A stretch of 64,000 nt of DNA from Candidatus Aceula meridiana (GCA_030765185.1 JAVCDE010000033.1:74957-138956), one strand, 5' to 3'. Positions 1 to 9,855 are shown, counted from the stretch's first letter. The notes: generated from the letters alone by a model not told the origin. Translations and numbers: made by a program.

Positions 1-160
1 CAATTCCTGTTAACTGCTGATATTGATTTGCGAGTTTTTCGAAAGTGTCTTGGCGGTCGGTCATCCAATGCCAAACAGTTATCGTGTTTGAATTGGTATT
101 TTGCATACAACCGAAAAGAAAGAAACAACATAGACAAAATAGAAAAATCTTGAGTTTCAT
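1..160 (-). CDS. Sugar ABC transporter substrate-binding lipoprotein, N-terminal part (runs off window edge)
   Basis: Manual translation from ATG at 160: MKLKIFLFCLCCFFLFGCMQNTNSNTITVWHWMTDRQDTFEKLANQYQQLTGI. Lipobox LFGC, 'ITVWHW' motif of family-1 SBPs, RBS AAGGAAG, adjacent to GH94. Not in ORF track. Confidence 0.8.
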   Translation of the reverse strand, partial: MKLKIFLFCLCCFFLFGCMQNTNSNTITVWHWMTDRQDTFEKLANQYQQLTGI

Positions 161-228
161 TTAGCTTCCTTAATGAGATAGATACTTTAGGTTGGTAAGG
201 ACTCAAGTCAACTGAAACATGAAACAAA

Positions 229-257
229 AGTATATCATGACTGATAATTCTTGTCAA
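229..257 (-). promoter_or_regulatory. sigma70-type promoter for the SBP gene
   Basis: Minus strand TTGACA-17 nt-TATACT. Confidence 0.7.
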
Positions 258-344
258 AATGATAAATATAATAATAAATAATATTATTATATATGCCAAA
301 TACAAAAAACAATAAAATCCTAAACTATTGGAAATAAAGAAGTT

Positions 345-2759
345 TTAACCGAGAATAACTTTAACTTGGTGGGTTTTCTTATCACCTGTTACGGGGAGCA
401 GATTACCCTTGATTTCTCTTCCATCAAAAATAATCTTCTTAACGCCACTGGTCTTGCCCTTGGGATTTAAAATTTCAATATTATAAATACTACCGCGGAA
501 AGGCCTGCGGATAGAATATTTCTTCCATTTCTTAGGAATAGCCGGGTCAACGCGCAAACCGTTAAATTCACGTCTCACGCCTAAAAGCCATTCAGTGGCT
601 GCCATAAAATTCCAGCCAGCCGTTCCGGTAATCCAGGTAAAAGCTCCTTCACCATAACGGTAAGGATTTTGAGGACCAGCCAAATATTCCGCATAAGCAT
701 AAGGCTCTGTCTTATAAAGTTCCATGTCTTTCTGAGAATTCGGCATAATCTTTTTCATCGCCTCATAAGCCTTATCCCCTAAACCACTCATCGCGTAAGC
801 GACAGCCATAAAAGTAGCCGCGTGACAAAAAACCGCGGCGTTTTCTTTAGTCCCTTCAGAAAACATGCTAATGCGGCCCAAACGCTTTACCCAAGAAGAA
901 TAAGCCGGAGCAAACAATGCTAATCCATGCGGCCCATTCAAATGCTTATCAACAGATTTTAAAACCTTTTCTTTTCTTTTACCTTTAGCCACACCGGCGA
1001 GAACAGCCCATGATTGCGAGTTCAAGAAAATCTTACCCTCTTTATCTTTGTGGCTCCCGTAAACCTGGCCATTATCATCAAATCCACGAGAATACCAATT
1101 GCCATCCCAGCCTTTTGTGTTAATTCTTTTATCCATGGTATCAGCCATTTTTGCATATTTCCTGACTTTTACTTTTTCACCAACAAAATCACAAAGCTCG
1201 GATAAAATGCGAAGCGATCTCACTAAAGCCTGAGCCAACCAAACGCTTTCTCCCTTATGCTTAATACCGGCAGCATCAATAGCATCATTCCAGTCGGCAT
1301 GCCCAATCAATGGAAATCCTTTTTGGCCAACATCATTAAAACAAAATGTTAAATTCTTCTCTAAGTGTTCTAAAAGAGTTCCTGTGCCGTCTTTCTTGGT
1401 ACCACCTTTCCACTTTAAATCAACATGCCACCCACCGGACCATTTATCTTTGATATAAGAAACTTCTTTATAAAGAATGTTTGTGTCACCTGTTTCTTTA
1501 ACATAAGCGCTTACCGTTGTGGTCAACCAAATCTGATGGTCTTTGTTAGGCAAAAATTTATGCGGCCCAGATTCAGACCAGCCCGGGGCAGAAGTTCCAT
1601 CTCGACGAATCAGCGACGCAATCTTTAGAATTTTTTGACGTGTTAACTTTTCATCAATGGAAACAATGGCCTCAGAATCCTGACAAGAATCACGATAACC
1701 TCTTCCTCCTGAGCCTTCATGGAAAAAGCTTGGCGACCGTGACCATAAATTACAAATGTATGTCTGATATTTCAGCCAAACATTGACCATCGTGTTAAGG
1801 TCTTTGTCTGGTGTCTGAATCTCAATATTATCAACAATCCTTTTTTGCCAAATGTCTTTTGTTCTTTGCAATTCCTTCTTGGCATAAGAAACTTTTTTAT
1901 AATTGCGCAATATTTTTCGAACATCAGCAGTCTTATCTGTCTGCCCTAAAACCACAACAAATTCTTTAGTTTCGCCTGCCTTTAAGGTTACGTTATGCTT
2001 AAACGCGCCAATACCATCTTCGCCTGAACAAATATGAAAATCCTTAAACTTCCCTTTTACAACAGCGTCGGGGTTTTCCTCGGTATTATAACGTCCAACA
2101 AAAGCCTTTTTCTGCGTGCAAGCACCTGCGACTGGCAAAGAAGAGGCAAAAAATACAAGGCTGTCAAAAGGCTGAATGTTCATCCCCTGCCACTGAGCAG
2201 TCTTTTTAGCAAAAATTGATTTTTGTTTTTTATCGAACCAAATACGGTTGTAAAGATTCATAATATTGCGGTAGCGCAGCTCTTCATGATAATCACCTAA
2301 AAGAAATTCTACATAAGGAAAGACTTCGAGCTTTTTTGTTTTCTTGGTGTTATTTGCCAATTTAACAATCCAGGCCTCGCAATTATCATTTTCGGGAACA
2401 AAATAAGTAACTTCTGAATTAACGCCATTGTTTTTAGATTCGATAGTTGTATATCCGAGTCCGTGGCGGCATTGATACGAAGTAGGCTTCGTGCGCAAAG
2501 GTTGATACGTCAAAGACCATGCTTTGTTAGCTTCACGGACAAATATATATTTGCCTGGGCGGTCTAACTGATAGTCTTCTGGGTGCCAACGGGTCAGACG
2601 GTTTATGCGGCAATCCTTATAAAAGCTATATCCACCGGCACATTGCGAAATAATAGCGCAATATTTTTCATTTGTAAGGTAATTAATCCAAGGAAAAGGC
2701 GTATCTGGGCGTGTAATGATATATTCGAGATTATCTTTTGAGAAATGACCGTATTTCAT
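345..2759 (-). CDS. GH94 glycoside phosphorylase (cellobiose/chitobiose phosphorylase-like)
   Basis: YGHF..EYIITRPDTPFPWINYL start, GYRDSCQD, ADWND catalytic motif, ENAAVFCH, TGTAGW. ATG 2759 preferred because of its RBS. Confidence 0.9.
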   Translation of the reverse strand: MKYGHFSKDNLEYIITRPDTPFPWINYLTNEKYCAIISQCAGGYSFYKDCRINRLTRWHPEDYQLDRPGKYIFVREANKAWSLTYQPLRTKPTSYQCRHGLGYTTIESKNNGVNSEVTYFVPENDNCEAWIVKLANNTKKTKKLEVFPYVEFLLGDYHEELRYRNIMNLYNRIWFDKKQKSIFAKKTAQWQGMNIQPFDSLVFFASSLPVAGACTQKKAFVGRYNTEENPDAVVKGKFKDFHICSGEDGIGAFKHNVTLKAGETKEFVVVLGQTDKTADVRKILRNYKKVSYAKKELQRTKDIWQKRIVDNIEIQTPDKDLNTMVNVWLKYQTYICNLWSRSPSFFHEGSGGRGYRDSCQDSEAIVSIDEKLTRQKILKIASLIRRDGTSAPGWSESGPHKFLPNKDHQIWLTTTVSAYVKETGDTNILYKEVSYIKDKWSGGWHVDLKWKGGTKKDGTGTLLEHLEKNLTFCFNDVGQKGFPLIGHADWNDAIDAAGIKHKGESVWLAQALVRSLRILSELCDFVGEKVKVRKYAKMADTMDKRINTKGWDGNWYSRGFDDNGQVYGSHKDKEGKIFLNSQSWAVLAGVAKGKRKEKVLKSVDKHLNGPHGLALFAPAYSSWVKRLGRISMFSEGTKENAAVFCHAATFMAVAYAMSGLGDKAYEAMKKIMPNSQKDMELYKTEPYAYAEYLAGPQNPYRYGEGAFTWITGTAGWNFMAATEWLLGVRREFNGLRVDPAIPKKWKKYSIRRPFRGSIYNIEILNPKGKTSGVKKIIFDGREIKGNLLPVTGDKKTHQVKVILG

Positions 2760-2879
2760 AATTCCTTGTATATCCTTTATTTTCAATTAGATTCAAATGG
2801 AAATAAATCGAGAATGAAGTTTAACATGGCCGCAAGGGTGCGGTCAAGATTTTTGTTACTTTAATAGAGAAGAAAAATC

Positions 2880-3212
2880 TTACGCTGGAGTGGTGAGAAT
2901 TCGGCTAGTCTGCATTAAATTTATCTTGTTAAATTGAATGCCGACTTTCCAAAAAAGAGGGTCTTCCTTGCCGACCCAAACAACTTCTCCCTTAACTTCT
3001 AAAGGTTGAACGCTATTAGGATACTCAAAAAGAAGAGAAAGCTGATCATTTAAGAAAACTTCTTCGGTGCTTAAAATATTCGCCCCTTCAGCAGAAAGGT
3101 TTTTAACCAAAACACTTCTTTCCTGGTCAGAATTCTCTTTTCTTATGCGGCTAGGAAGCTCTGCGCTAAGCCTCTCAAATATGCGCTGATCTTCCGCAAC
3201 ATGCTGCGACAT
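2880..3212 (-). CDS. PilZ domain protein
   Basis: QRIFER (RxxxR) and NLSAEG (D/NxSxxG) motifs, GEVVW, GIQF. Confidence 0.85.
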   Translation of the reverse strand: MSQHVAEDQRIFERLSAELPSRIRKENSDQERSVLVKNLSAEGANILSTEEVFLNDQLSLLFEYPNSVQPLEVKGEVVWVGKEDPLFWKVGIQFNKINLMQTSRILTTPA

Positions 3213-3273
3213 ATGATACTCTCTTTCTCCGTGGCGTAATTATTCCTAAGATTGGTGGGGTTTTCTTAGGTCT

Positions 3274-3588
3274 TTATTCGTGAAAATAGCTCTCAATGCG
3301 CGACTGTGCTGTTTCAGAAATATCCGGAAAAGTCATGCCGATTCTATAGGTTGAAGCTTTTACAGCTTTTTCAACCCATTTAACTTTTCCCTGAATTAAC
3401 ACAGGCTCTCCATCGCGCGCAAGAGAAATCTCTATCATCATCTTGGTGTTAATAGGGATAAATCGCGCGGAAACAAAACCAACGCCTGACTTGCTAATGT
3501 CGATCGTCTGACTCTGCCCTAGCGTCTCCTTCTTTTCATCCAGTAAAGGAACTTGACAATCATATCTTGCAGCGATCCTTTTTTCCAT
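3274..3588 (-). CDS. PilZ domain protein
   Basis: EKRIAAR and DISKSG motifs, GKVKW, IGMTF. Confidence 0.88.
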   Translation of the reverse strand: MEKRIAARYDCQVPLLDEKKETLGQSQTIDISKSGVGFVSARFIPINTKMMIEISLARDGEPVLIQGKVKWVEKAVKASTYRIGMTFPDISETAQSRIESYFHE

Positions 3589-3654
3589 TATAAACCATCC
3601 ATTTTATTAGAATTAAAACGTTTATTTCTCCCGCGTGGCTTCGTGGCTAAGGTA

Positions 3655-3683
3655 AATATAACATATGCTTTGCGAATTATCAA
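3655..3683 (-). promoter_or_regulatory. sigma70-type promoter for the PilZ pair
   Basis: Minus strand TTGATA-17 nt-TATATT with extended TG. Confidence 0.55.
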
Positions 3684-3720
3684 GGTCTTGTTTGCTAAAA
3701 AAGTAAGAAAATAAAACTTA

Positions 3721-3749
3721 TTGATTCCCCTTAAAACCCGTGCTATATT
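3721..3749 (+). promoter_or_regulatory. sigma70-type promoter for ORF 3791
   Basis: TTGATT-17 nt-TATATT with extended TG. Confidence 0.5.
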
Positions 3750-3790
3750 AAATTTTCAAAATTAACAACTTTCTCGAAAGATTTACTAAA

Positions 3791-4048
3791 ATGACCGAAA
3801 AAACTCAAGAACAAGAACACCAGGATTCTCAATCCCCAAAAAAGATTCTGCCAAAAGATCAAGAGCAAGTTAGCTTTAAGGAATACGAAGATCTAAGGAA
3901 AAGAGAAATCGAAAAACGTAAAAAGAAGAAAAAAGCTCCTCCAATAGTTAATACAATTTGCAACATCTTTTACTTTATCTTAGCCGCCATTGGACTTTTT
4001 TTTATGGGATATTTTGCTTTCGCGATGATAACTACTCCCGCTAAATAA
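3791..4048 (+). CDS. Small membrane protein, hypothetical
   Basis: Charged N-terminus, lysine run, one C-terminal TM helix, promoter upstream. Confidence 0.7.
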   Translation: MTEKTQEQEHQDSQSPKKILPKDQEQVSFKEYEDLRKREIEKRKKKKKAPPIVNTICNIFYFILAAIGLFFMGYFAFAMITTPAK

Positions 4049-4067
4049 AGTTCTCGCTACCTAAACT

Positions 4068-4379
4068 TTACAAATCGATATATTTCTGAAGGCTATCAGC
4101 AAGGTCATTACACCCCATTTTTCTTAACTTCTCAACTTGTTGGCGAGCCCTGTGCTTATTGTTATTTGAAAGATAAAAAGTCCCAAGTTCCCAATAATGC
4201 TCAGGGACACCCGGTTGAATCCGGATAATTTCCTTATAAATCTCCTCTGCCCGCTCCATACTGGCATTATTTTTTGCAGCATTGGCCTTTGCCGAAAGAA
4301 AAGCAATCTCCATCTTCTCGCAAGAACAAAACGTAAAGCTCAACAATAAAATTAAAAAAACAAAGAATATCTTTTTCAT
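4068..4379 (-). CDS. TPR-like lipoprotein
   Basis: Signal peptide with FCSC, TPR-like AEEIYKEIIRIQP..HYWELG, RBS GAGGGG. Confidence 0.7.
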   Translation of the reverse strand: MKKIFFVFLILLLSFTFCSCEKMEIAFLSAKANAAKNNASMERAEEIYKEIIRIQPGVPEHYWELGTFYLSNNNKHRARQQVEKLRKMGCNDLADSLQKYIDL

Positions 4380-4490
4380 ACAAACCCCCTCTTTTATTTT
4401 ATCAGTACTTTTGCTCCTTACTTCTTGAATCCTATATTTTTTTAAGATATAGTAATTAATAATTACTTAGAAAGACCTCAAAAAAATATT

Positions 4491-5267
4491 ATGATTAATA
4501 ACGTCGATATTATTATAACCCTTATTCTTCTTTATGTCTCCTTTATCGGATGGCAAAAAGGCATTGTTCGTCTTTGCATCGGATTCTTTTCATTTATAGC
4601 AGCAAGTTTTATCGCTGGTATTTATTTTACGCAGACACACAATATCGCTCATACCATATTTGCCTTCTTTATCGGTTCTTTTATCCTTTCTCTTCTTCTA
4701 TCTAAAGGGCTTGCATCCTGGAATAAAAAAGTTTCCGGCGGAAAACCACCGTTCATCCTGAGCAGACTTTTGGGAGTTGCTCTTATTACAACTTGGATGG
4801 GGTCATTGGCGGGCTTAACTCTTTTTGCTGTTTCTATTCTTCCAGTCAAGGCTTCTTTCTTTCAAAATGCAAAAAATGCTGTTTTGAATTCCAAGTCCTA
4901 TGCCTTAATAGAGCAATATGTTTTTAAAGAAGTTCCTGCTATAGAAAGAATTTCTCTTCTAGCTTCAATCAGTGAAGGCGAAAGCGATGAAGCCTTCCCC
5001 ATCAGCCAAAAACAAATTGAAGAAATTCGCTCATCTAAGGAATTTAAAGCAATTCATGAAAGCGAAACTATGCAAAAAATGCTCCAAGACGAGGATCTGA
5101 TGAAAAAAATACAAAACAAAGACATCACCGGCATCATCTCTGACCCAAAGATGCAAGAGCTTCTTCAAGACAAACAATTTATCGCAGACCTTCAAAGTCT
5201 CTACGGCGGACTTCTTCAGCAAGGCATTTCCCAGGATTCAACCCAGGAATTTCCATCTAAATTTTAA
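4491..5267 (+). CDS. CvpA (colicin V production) family membrane protein with C-terminal extension
   Basis: DIIITLILL..GWQKG start, SRLLG motif, four TM segments. Confidence 0.75.
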   Translation: MINNVDIIITLILLYVSFIGWQKGIVRLCIGFFSFIAASFIAGIYFTQTHNIAHTIFAFFIGSFILSLLLSKGLASWNKKVSGGKPPFILSRLLGVALITTWMGSLAGLTLFAVSILPVKASFFQNAKNAVLNSKSYALIEQYVFKEVPAIERISLLASISEGESDEAFPISQKQIEEIRSSKEFKAIHESETMQKMLQDEDLMKKIQNKDITGIISDPKMQELLQDKQFIADLQSLYGGLLQQGISQDSTQEFPSKF

Positions 5268-5421
5268 CCCGAAATTTGCATTTAAACATTCTTATTCTAT
5301 CGGTAATGTAAAAATAGATAAATGCAAAACACCTTTGGCTCCGCCTAGGCGGACAAGTCGTAACAAGTTGCGGCGGTGCGACCTTTCAGATGGATTTTGC
5401 TTTAGCAGAATCCAGGTTTAA
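5264..5421. mobile_element. MITE-like intergenic element (copy 1)
   Basis: Left end TTAACCCGAAATTTG is identical to the reverse complement of the right end of the 8160-8302 element. Imperfect right-end IR. Internal hairpins TTTGCATTTA/TAAATGCAAA and TCCGCCTAGGCGGA. Confidence 0.5.
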
Positions 5422-5424
5422 TTC

Positions 5425-6825
5425 TTATTTTCCAACACAAAAAGACGAAAAAATTTTATCGATAAGGTCATTGTCGATATCTTTCCCGGTGATTTGATCA
5501 AGAAGGCTTATGGCAAGCTTGATTTCTTCAGAAATAAATTCCAAAGAAAGATTTTGAGAAAAATGCTCTTGGGCTTTTTCAAGAGCTGTTAAACATTTTT
5601 TAAGTGATTCAATCTGGCGAAGATTACTAATGAGAATTTTTGGGGTTTCAAGCCGCTTTCCGTGCAAAGCATTTTCGACAATCATTTCCTCGAGGGGATT
5701 AATACCTTGTTTTTCAAGAGCAGAGATTTTCGCCATCTTAAAATTAGGGAGGAGCTTTCTAAAAGCCCCTTCGTCAATTTTGGTAGGACAATCACATTTA
5801 TTTAAAACAATAATAACATTTTTATCTTTAATTCTATTCGCAAGATTAATATCTTCTTGTGAAATTTCCTGCGAAGCATCAAAGAGGAGTAAAATAATTT
5901 CCGCTTGATCAATATAAAGATGACTGCGTTTGACAGCCTCCTCTTCTATAGAATCTCGTGGATCCAAGATACCGGCAGTATCAATAAGCTGTAAAGGGAT
6001 GCCTTGAATTTGTGCGGATTCTTCGATAATATCACGTGTCGTTCCTTCGATGTGACTAACAATAGCACGCGGTTGCTTTAAAAAAACATTGAGCAAGGAT
6101 GATTTCCCAACGTTAACCTTGCCACAAATGACGACCTTGATTCCTTCTTTTAAAATACGCCCTTGCTCGCTTGAGGCAAGAAGCGCTTCCACATGCTTTA
6201 GCGCCTCTTTAATATCAATAGATAATTTTTTACGACTTGATGCATCAATATCATCTTCAGGAAAATTAACAACGGCCTCAATCTCGGTATAGGCATCCAT
6301 TAAATATTCGCGAATGGATTCAAGCTCAAGAGTTAAATCACCTTTAAGTTGATTAATACTTAATTTTAAAAAAGCATCTGTTTTAGCACTAATAATATCT
6401 GCCACAGCCTCAGCTTGCGTTAAATCAATGCGTCCGTTTAGAAAAGCTCGCTTAGTGAATTCTCCGGGCTCAGCCAGCCTTGCTCCGTGATCAAGCGTAA
6501 GCATTAAAATCTTTTTTAAAGGAACCGTGCCTCCGTGACAGCTAATCTCAACCACATCTTCGCAGGTATAACTTTTTGGCGCGCGCATCACCGTCAAAAG
6601 AACCTCATCAACAACCTCTTCGGCTTTGCCCTTTCGATTAATAACGCGGCCATAATGAAGCGTAAAAGTTTTAAACTCTGACGGCTTTCTTTCATTAACG
6701 CCAACGAAAATTTCATCGCCAATTGAAAGTGCTTCTTTACCGCTTACGCGGACAATCCCAATGCCTCCTTGGCCGGACGGTGTTGAAATCGCTGCAATCG
6801 TATCTTCTAAGCTGTTTTGATACAT
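5425..6825 (-). CDS. mnmE: tRNA modification GTPase MnmE (TrmE)
   Basis: DTIAAISTP, GEFTKRAFLNGRIDLTQAE, GKVNVGKSS, DTAG, C-terminal FCVGK. Confidence 0.97.
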   Translation of the reverse strand: MYQNSLEDTIAAISTPSGQGGIGIVRVSGKEALSIGDEIFVGVNERKPSEFKTFTLHYGRVINRKGKAEEVVDEVLLTVMRAPKSYTCEDVVEISCHGGTVPLKKILMLTLDHGARLAEPGEFTKRAFLNGRIDLTQAEAVADIISAKTDAFLKLSINQLKGDLTLELESIREYLMDAYTEIEAVVNFPEDDIDASSRKKLSIDIKEALKHVEALLASSEQGRILKEGIKVVICGKVNVGKSSLLNVFLKQPRAIVSHIEGTTRDIIEESAQIQGIPLQLIDTAGILDPRDSIEEEAVKRSHLYIDQAEIILLLFDASQEISQEDINLANRIKDKNVIIVLNKCDCPTKIDEGAFRKLLPNFKMAKISALEKQGINPLEEMIVENALHGKRLETPKILISNLRQIESLKKCLTALEKAQEHFSQNLSLEFISEEIKLAISLLDQITGKDIDNDLIDKIFSSFCVGK

Positions 6826-8153
6826 TTATCCTTTATTTCTCCAATTAAGTAAATTGACCCTGTAACTAAAAGAATATCATCTTCGCTTGAATCTTGTAAG
6901 ACCATTTCAAAAGCTTGGTTTGCATTCTCAATAATTTCGGTTTCTGTTTGCGGAAAAAACTCCTTTGCTTCCTGCAATGAAAACGAATAACTTCGCGAGT
7001 GCTGAGCTTTTGTTAAAATAACTTTTTTTGCTACGTGCGAGAGAGCCTGACAAATACGGATCTTGTCCTTATCATGGCTCAAACCTAATACAACTGTTGC
7101 TTTTTTATCTTTAAAAATTTCTTGATATGTTTTTACCAAAGCCTGCGCCGAGCCTGGCGTATGCGCGCTGTCTAAAATCACAAAAGGATTTTTAGAAACA
7201 ACTTCAAAACGACCTGGCCATCGCGTATTTTTAAGACCCTCTTGTGCTTGAAGCTCTGAAAGCCTTCTGCCTTTTAAGCTCAAAAACCACTCTACCATAG
7301 AAATCGCAATCGCTGCGTTTGCCGCTTGATGTTCTCCTAAAAGGTGGGTCTGCAGACCTACATATTTTGCCTTCGGTGTTTGAACATCAAAGACTTGTCC
7401 ATCAATATTGTGCTGATGAACATCACAAGAAATTTCTTGTCCAAAGATTAAAGGCTTTATATCAAAATCCTGTGCGCGAGCCTTGATGCAATCTAAAACT
7501 ACTTTTTCCTTACTTGAAGCGATAACAGCTTTTGTTTGTCCATTTATAATCGCAACCTTTTCTTGGGCGATATCTTCTAAGCCTGGCCCTAAAATCTCAA
7601 CATGTTCAAAATCAATCGGCATTATTGCACAAATCTTTTCACCAAGTGTATTGGTTGCATCAAGCCTTCCGCCAAGGCCAGTCTCAACAACAACGACATC
7701 AACATTTTCTTTTGCGAAATAATAAAATGCGCACGCAGTTAAAATTTCAAAATACGTTAATGCCTCTACACTTTTATCTGCAGCCGGTTGAACTTGTGCT
7801 ATCAATGCATCAAAATCATCTTGAGAAATTTTTCCTTCAAAAGAATTTTGTTTTTCTGTGGAAGAGGATTTAGAGTTTAGAATTCTGATGCGCTCTTTAA
7901 CATCGATTAAATGCGGCGAGGTATAAAGCCCGACGGTGTAACCAGCTTCCCTTAAAATCGAGGCTGCAAAAGCGCACGTTGACCCCTTCCCTTTTGTCCC
8001 GGCCACATGAAAAGAAAAAAACTTTTGAGTAGGATCCTTAAGTTCGTGCAAAAGCTTATTAACACGCGTAAGGTCAAAAACAGCGTCTTTGGCAATATTT
8101 TTAATTTCGTAATTGGGTAATGTATCTAGGTAAGATTGGGCTGAAAAAGCCAT
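6807..8153 (-). CDS. folC: Folylpolyglutamate synthase/dihydrofolate synthase
   Basis: HVAGTKGKGST, YTSPHL, ETGLGGRLDATN, WPGRFE, DSAH, GSIYL. Confidence 0.95.
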   Translation of the reverse strand: MAFSAQSYLDTLPNYEIKNIAKDAVFDLTRVNKLLHELKDPTQKFFSFHVAGTKGKGSTCAFAASILREAGYTVGLYTSPHLIDVKERIRILNSKSSSTEKQNSFEGKISQDDFDALIAQVQPAADKSVEALTYFEILTACAFYYFAKENVDVVVVETGLGGRLDATNTLGEKICAIMPIDFEHVEILGPGLEDIAQEKVAIINGQTKAVIASSKEKVVLDCIKARAQDFDIKPLIFGQEISCDVHQHNIDGQVFDVQTPKAKYVGLQTHLLGEHQAANAAIAISMVEWFLSLKGRRLSELQAQEGLKNTRWPGRFEVVSKNPFVILDSAHTPGSAQALVKTYQEIFKDKKATVVLGLSHDKDKIRICQALSHVAKKVILTKAQHSRSYSFSLQEAKEFFPQTETEIIENANQAFEMVLQDSSEDDILLVTGSIYLIGEIKDKCIKTA

Positions 8154-8159
8154 CAGGTT

Positions 8160-8302
8160 TTAACCCGTGTTTTGTATTAGTAAAATTGTTTTTAAAACTT
8201 GAACCATGTAGAATTCAGGATTAACCCTGAACCGAACTACGTTCTGGTTCAAATTTGCGATAAAGATATTTTTCTAAATTTCTATTACAAATTTCGGGTT
8301 AA
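8160..8302. mobile_element. MITE-like intergenic element (copy 2)
   Basis: 21-bp terminal inverted repeats with 17/21 match (TTAACCCGTGTTTTGTATTAG / CTATTACAAATTTCGGGTTAA), nested internal hairpins. Confidence 0.55.
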
Positions 8303-9855
8303 TGTTTAAAGTGACGGACGCCTGTTGTGATCATCATTATTTTACGTTTATCTGCTTCCTGGATAACATCTTTATCGGCAATAGAACCACCAGTTTGAAT
8401 AATAGCCTTGATTCCAGCCTTGGCAGCAATTTGAATATTGTCGACTTTAGGGATAAAAGCATCTGAGACAAGAAACGCGCCCTTAGCATCTTTGCCGGCT
8501 TTATTAATAGCAATGCCTACGCTTCCGACCCGGGAGGTCTGACCGCAGCCAATACCGACAGTGCGCTTGCCTTTAACGAGAATGATCGCGTTTGATTTAA
8601 TGTTTTTAACAATTTTCCAGCCAAACAGCAAGGATTCAAGTTGGGCCTTGGTAGGCTTTTTCTTGGTTACAGCTTTAAGATCTTTTAAGCTAACTTGGGC
8701 TCTATCTTCATCTTGTAAAAGGACGCCGCCTTTGACTTTTTTAAAATCAAAATCATTTGGCTTTATTGCTTTAAAGTCAAAAACCATCACGCGTAAATTT
8801 TTCTTCTCTTTAAGTGCTTTAAGAGCCTTTGCCTCGTATCCAGGTGCGATGACACATTCCATAAATCCACTTTTAACAATAAGCGATGCTGTTTTAAGAT
8901 TAACCTTGCGGTTTAAGCCGATGATGCCGCCAAAAGCCGAAAGCTTGTCACAGGACCAAGCCATTTTATAAGCTTTAGATAAATCGCTATCTTGGGCAAC
9001 GCCTGTTGGATTATTATGCTTGATGACAACAGCTGCCGGTTGCGTAAAATCACGAATTACTTCTACAGCATTGTTGAGATCTAAAATATTATTATAAGAG
9101 AGTTCTTTGCCGTGAAGCTGTTTCATCTTGGCTAAACCGTTTAAGCTTTCACTCTCACGGTAAAAAGCAGCAGACTGATGCGGATTCTCACCATAGCGAA
9201 GATCTGCAACTTTTGAAAAACGCATAACAAGGTCTCTAGGAAGCGAAGAAAAATCAGCATTCTTAAGGCGGTTATTTAAGAATGTGTAAATAATGCCGTC
9301 ATAACGGGCAGTGTGCTCAAAAGCCTCAACAGCCAAGTTAACCAAAAGCCTATCAGGCAAAATACCGCTGTTGGCATCAAGTTCTTCTAAAATATTTTTA
9401 TAACGCTCAGGATTGCAGACAACTGCCACATGCTTAAAATTTTTAGCGGCCGAGCGCAGCATCGAAGGCCCACCGATATCAATGTTTTCGATGGCTTCTT
9501 CTAAGGTCACATTCTTTTTTTGGATAACTTTTTCGAAAGGATAGAGATTAATGATAACCAAATCGATAAGGCCGATGTTGTGATCGGCAATTTGCTGCAT
9601 ATGCTTAGAGTTGTCTCGAACGGCTAAAAGCCCGCCGTGAATCGCAGGATGTAAAGTCTTAACGCGGCCGTCAAGCATTTCCGGAAAACCGGTATAATCC
9701 GAAACTTCTTTAACGCTTAAGCCTGAATTCCTTAAAAGCTTAGCTGTGCCACCTGTTGAGATAATCTCAATATTAAATTTTTTAAGGCCCTTGGCAAACT
9801 CGGCCAAGCCGGTCTTGTCAGATACGCTAATAAGGGCACGTTTGACTTTAAGCAT
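8299..9855 (-). CDS. purH: Bifunctional AICAR transformylase/IMP cyclohydrolase
   Basis: RALISVSDKTG, GRVKTLHP, IDIGGP, LRYGENPHQ, RHFKH end. Confidence 0.97.
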   Translation of the reverse strand: MLKVKRALISVSDKTGLAEFAKGLKKFNIEIISTGGTAKLLRNSGLSVKEVSDYTGFPEMLDGRVKTLHPAIHGGLLAVRDNSKHMQQIADHNIGLIDLVIINLYPFEKVIQKKNVTLEEAIENIDIGGPSMLRSAAKNFKHVAVVCNPERYKNILEELDANSGILPDRLLVNLAVEAFEHTARYDGIIYTFLNNRLKNADFSSLPRDLVMRFSKVADLRYGENPHQSAAFYRESESLNGLAKMKQLHGKELSYNNILDLNNAVEVIRDFTQPAAVVIKHNNPTGVAQDSDLSKAYKMAWSCDKLSAFGGIIGLNRKVNLKTASLIVKSGFMECVIAPGYEAKALKALKEKKNLRVMVFDFKAIKPNDFDFKKVKGGVLLQDEDRAQVSLKDLKAVTKKKPTKAQLESLLFGWKIVKNIKSNAIILVKGKRTVGIGCGQTSRVGSVGIAINKAGKDAKGAFLVSDAFIPKVDNIQIAAKAGIKAIIQTGGSIADKDVIQEADKRKIMMITTGVRHFKH

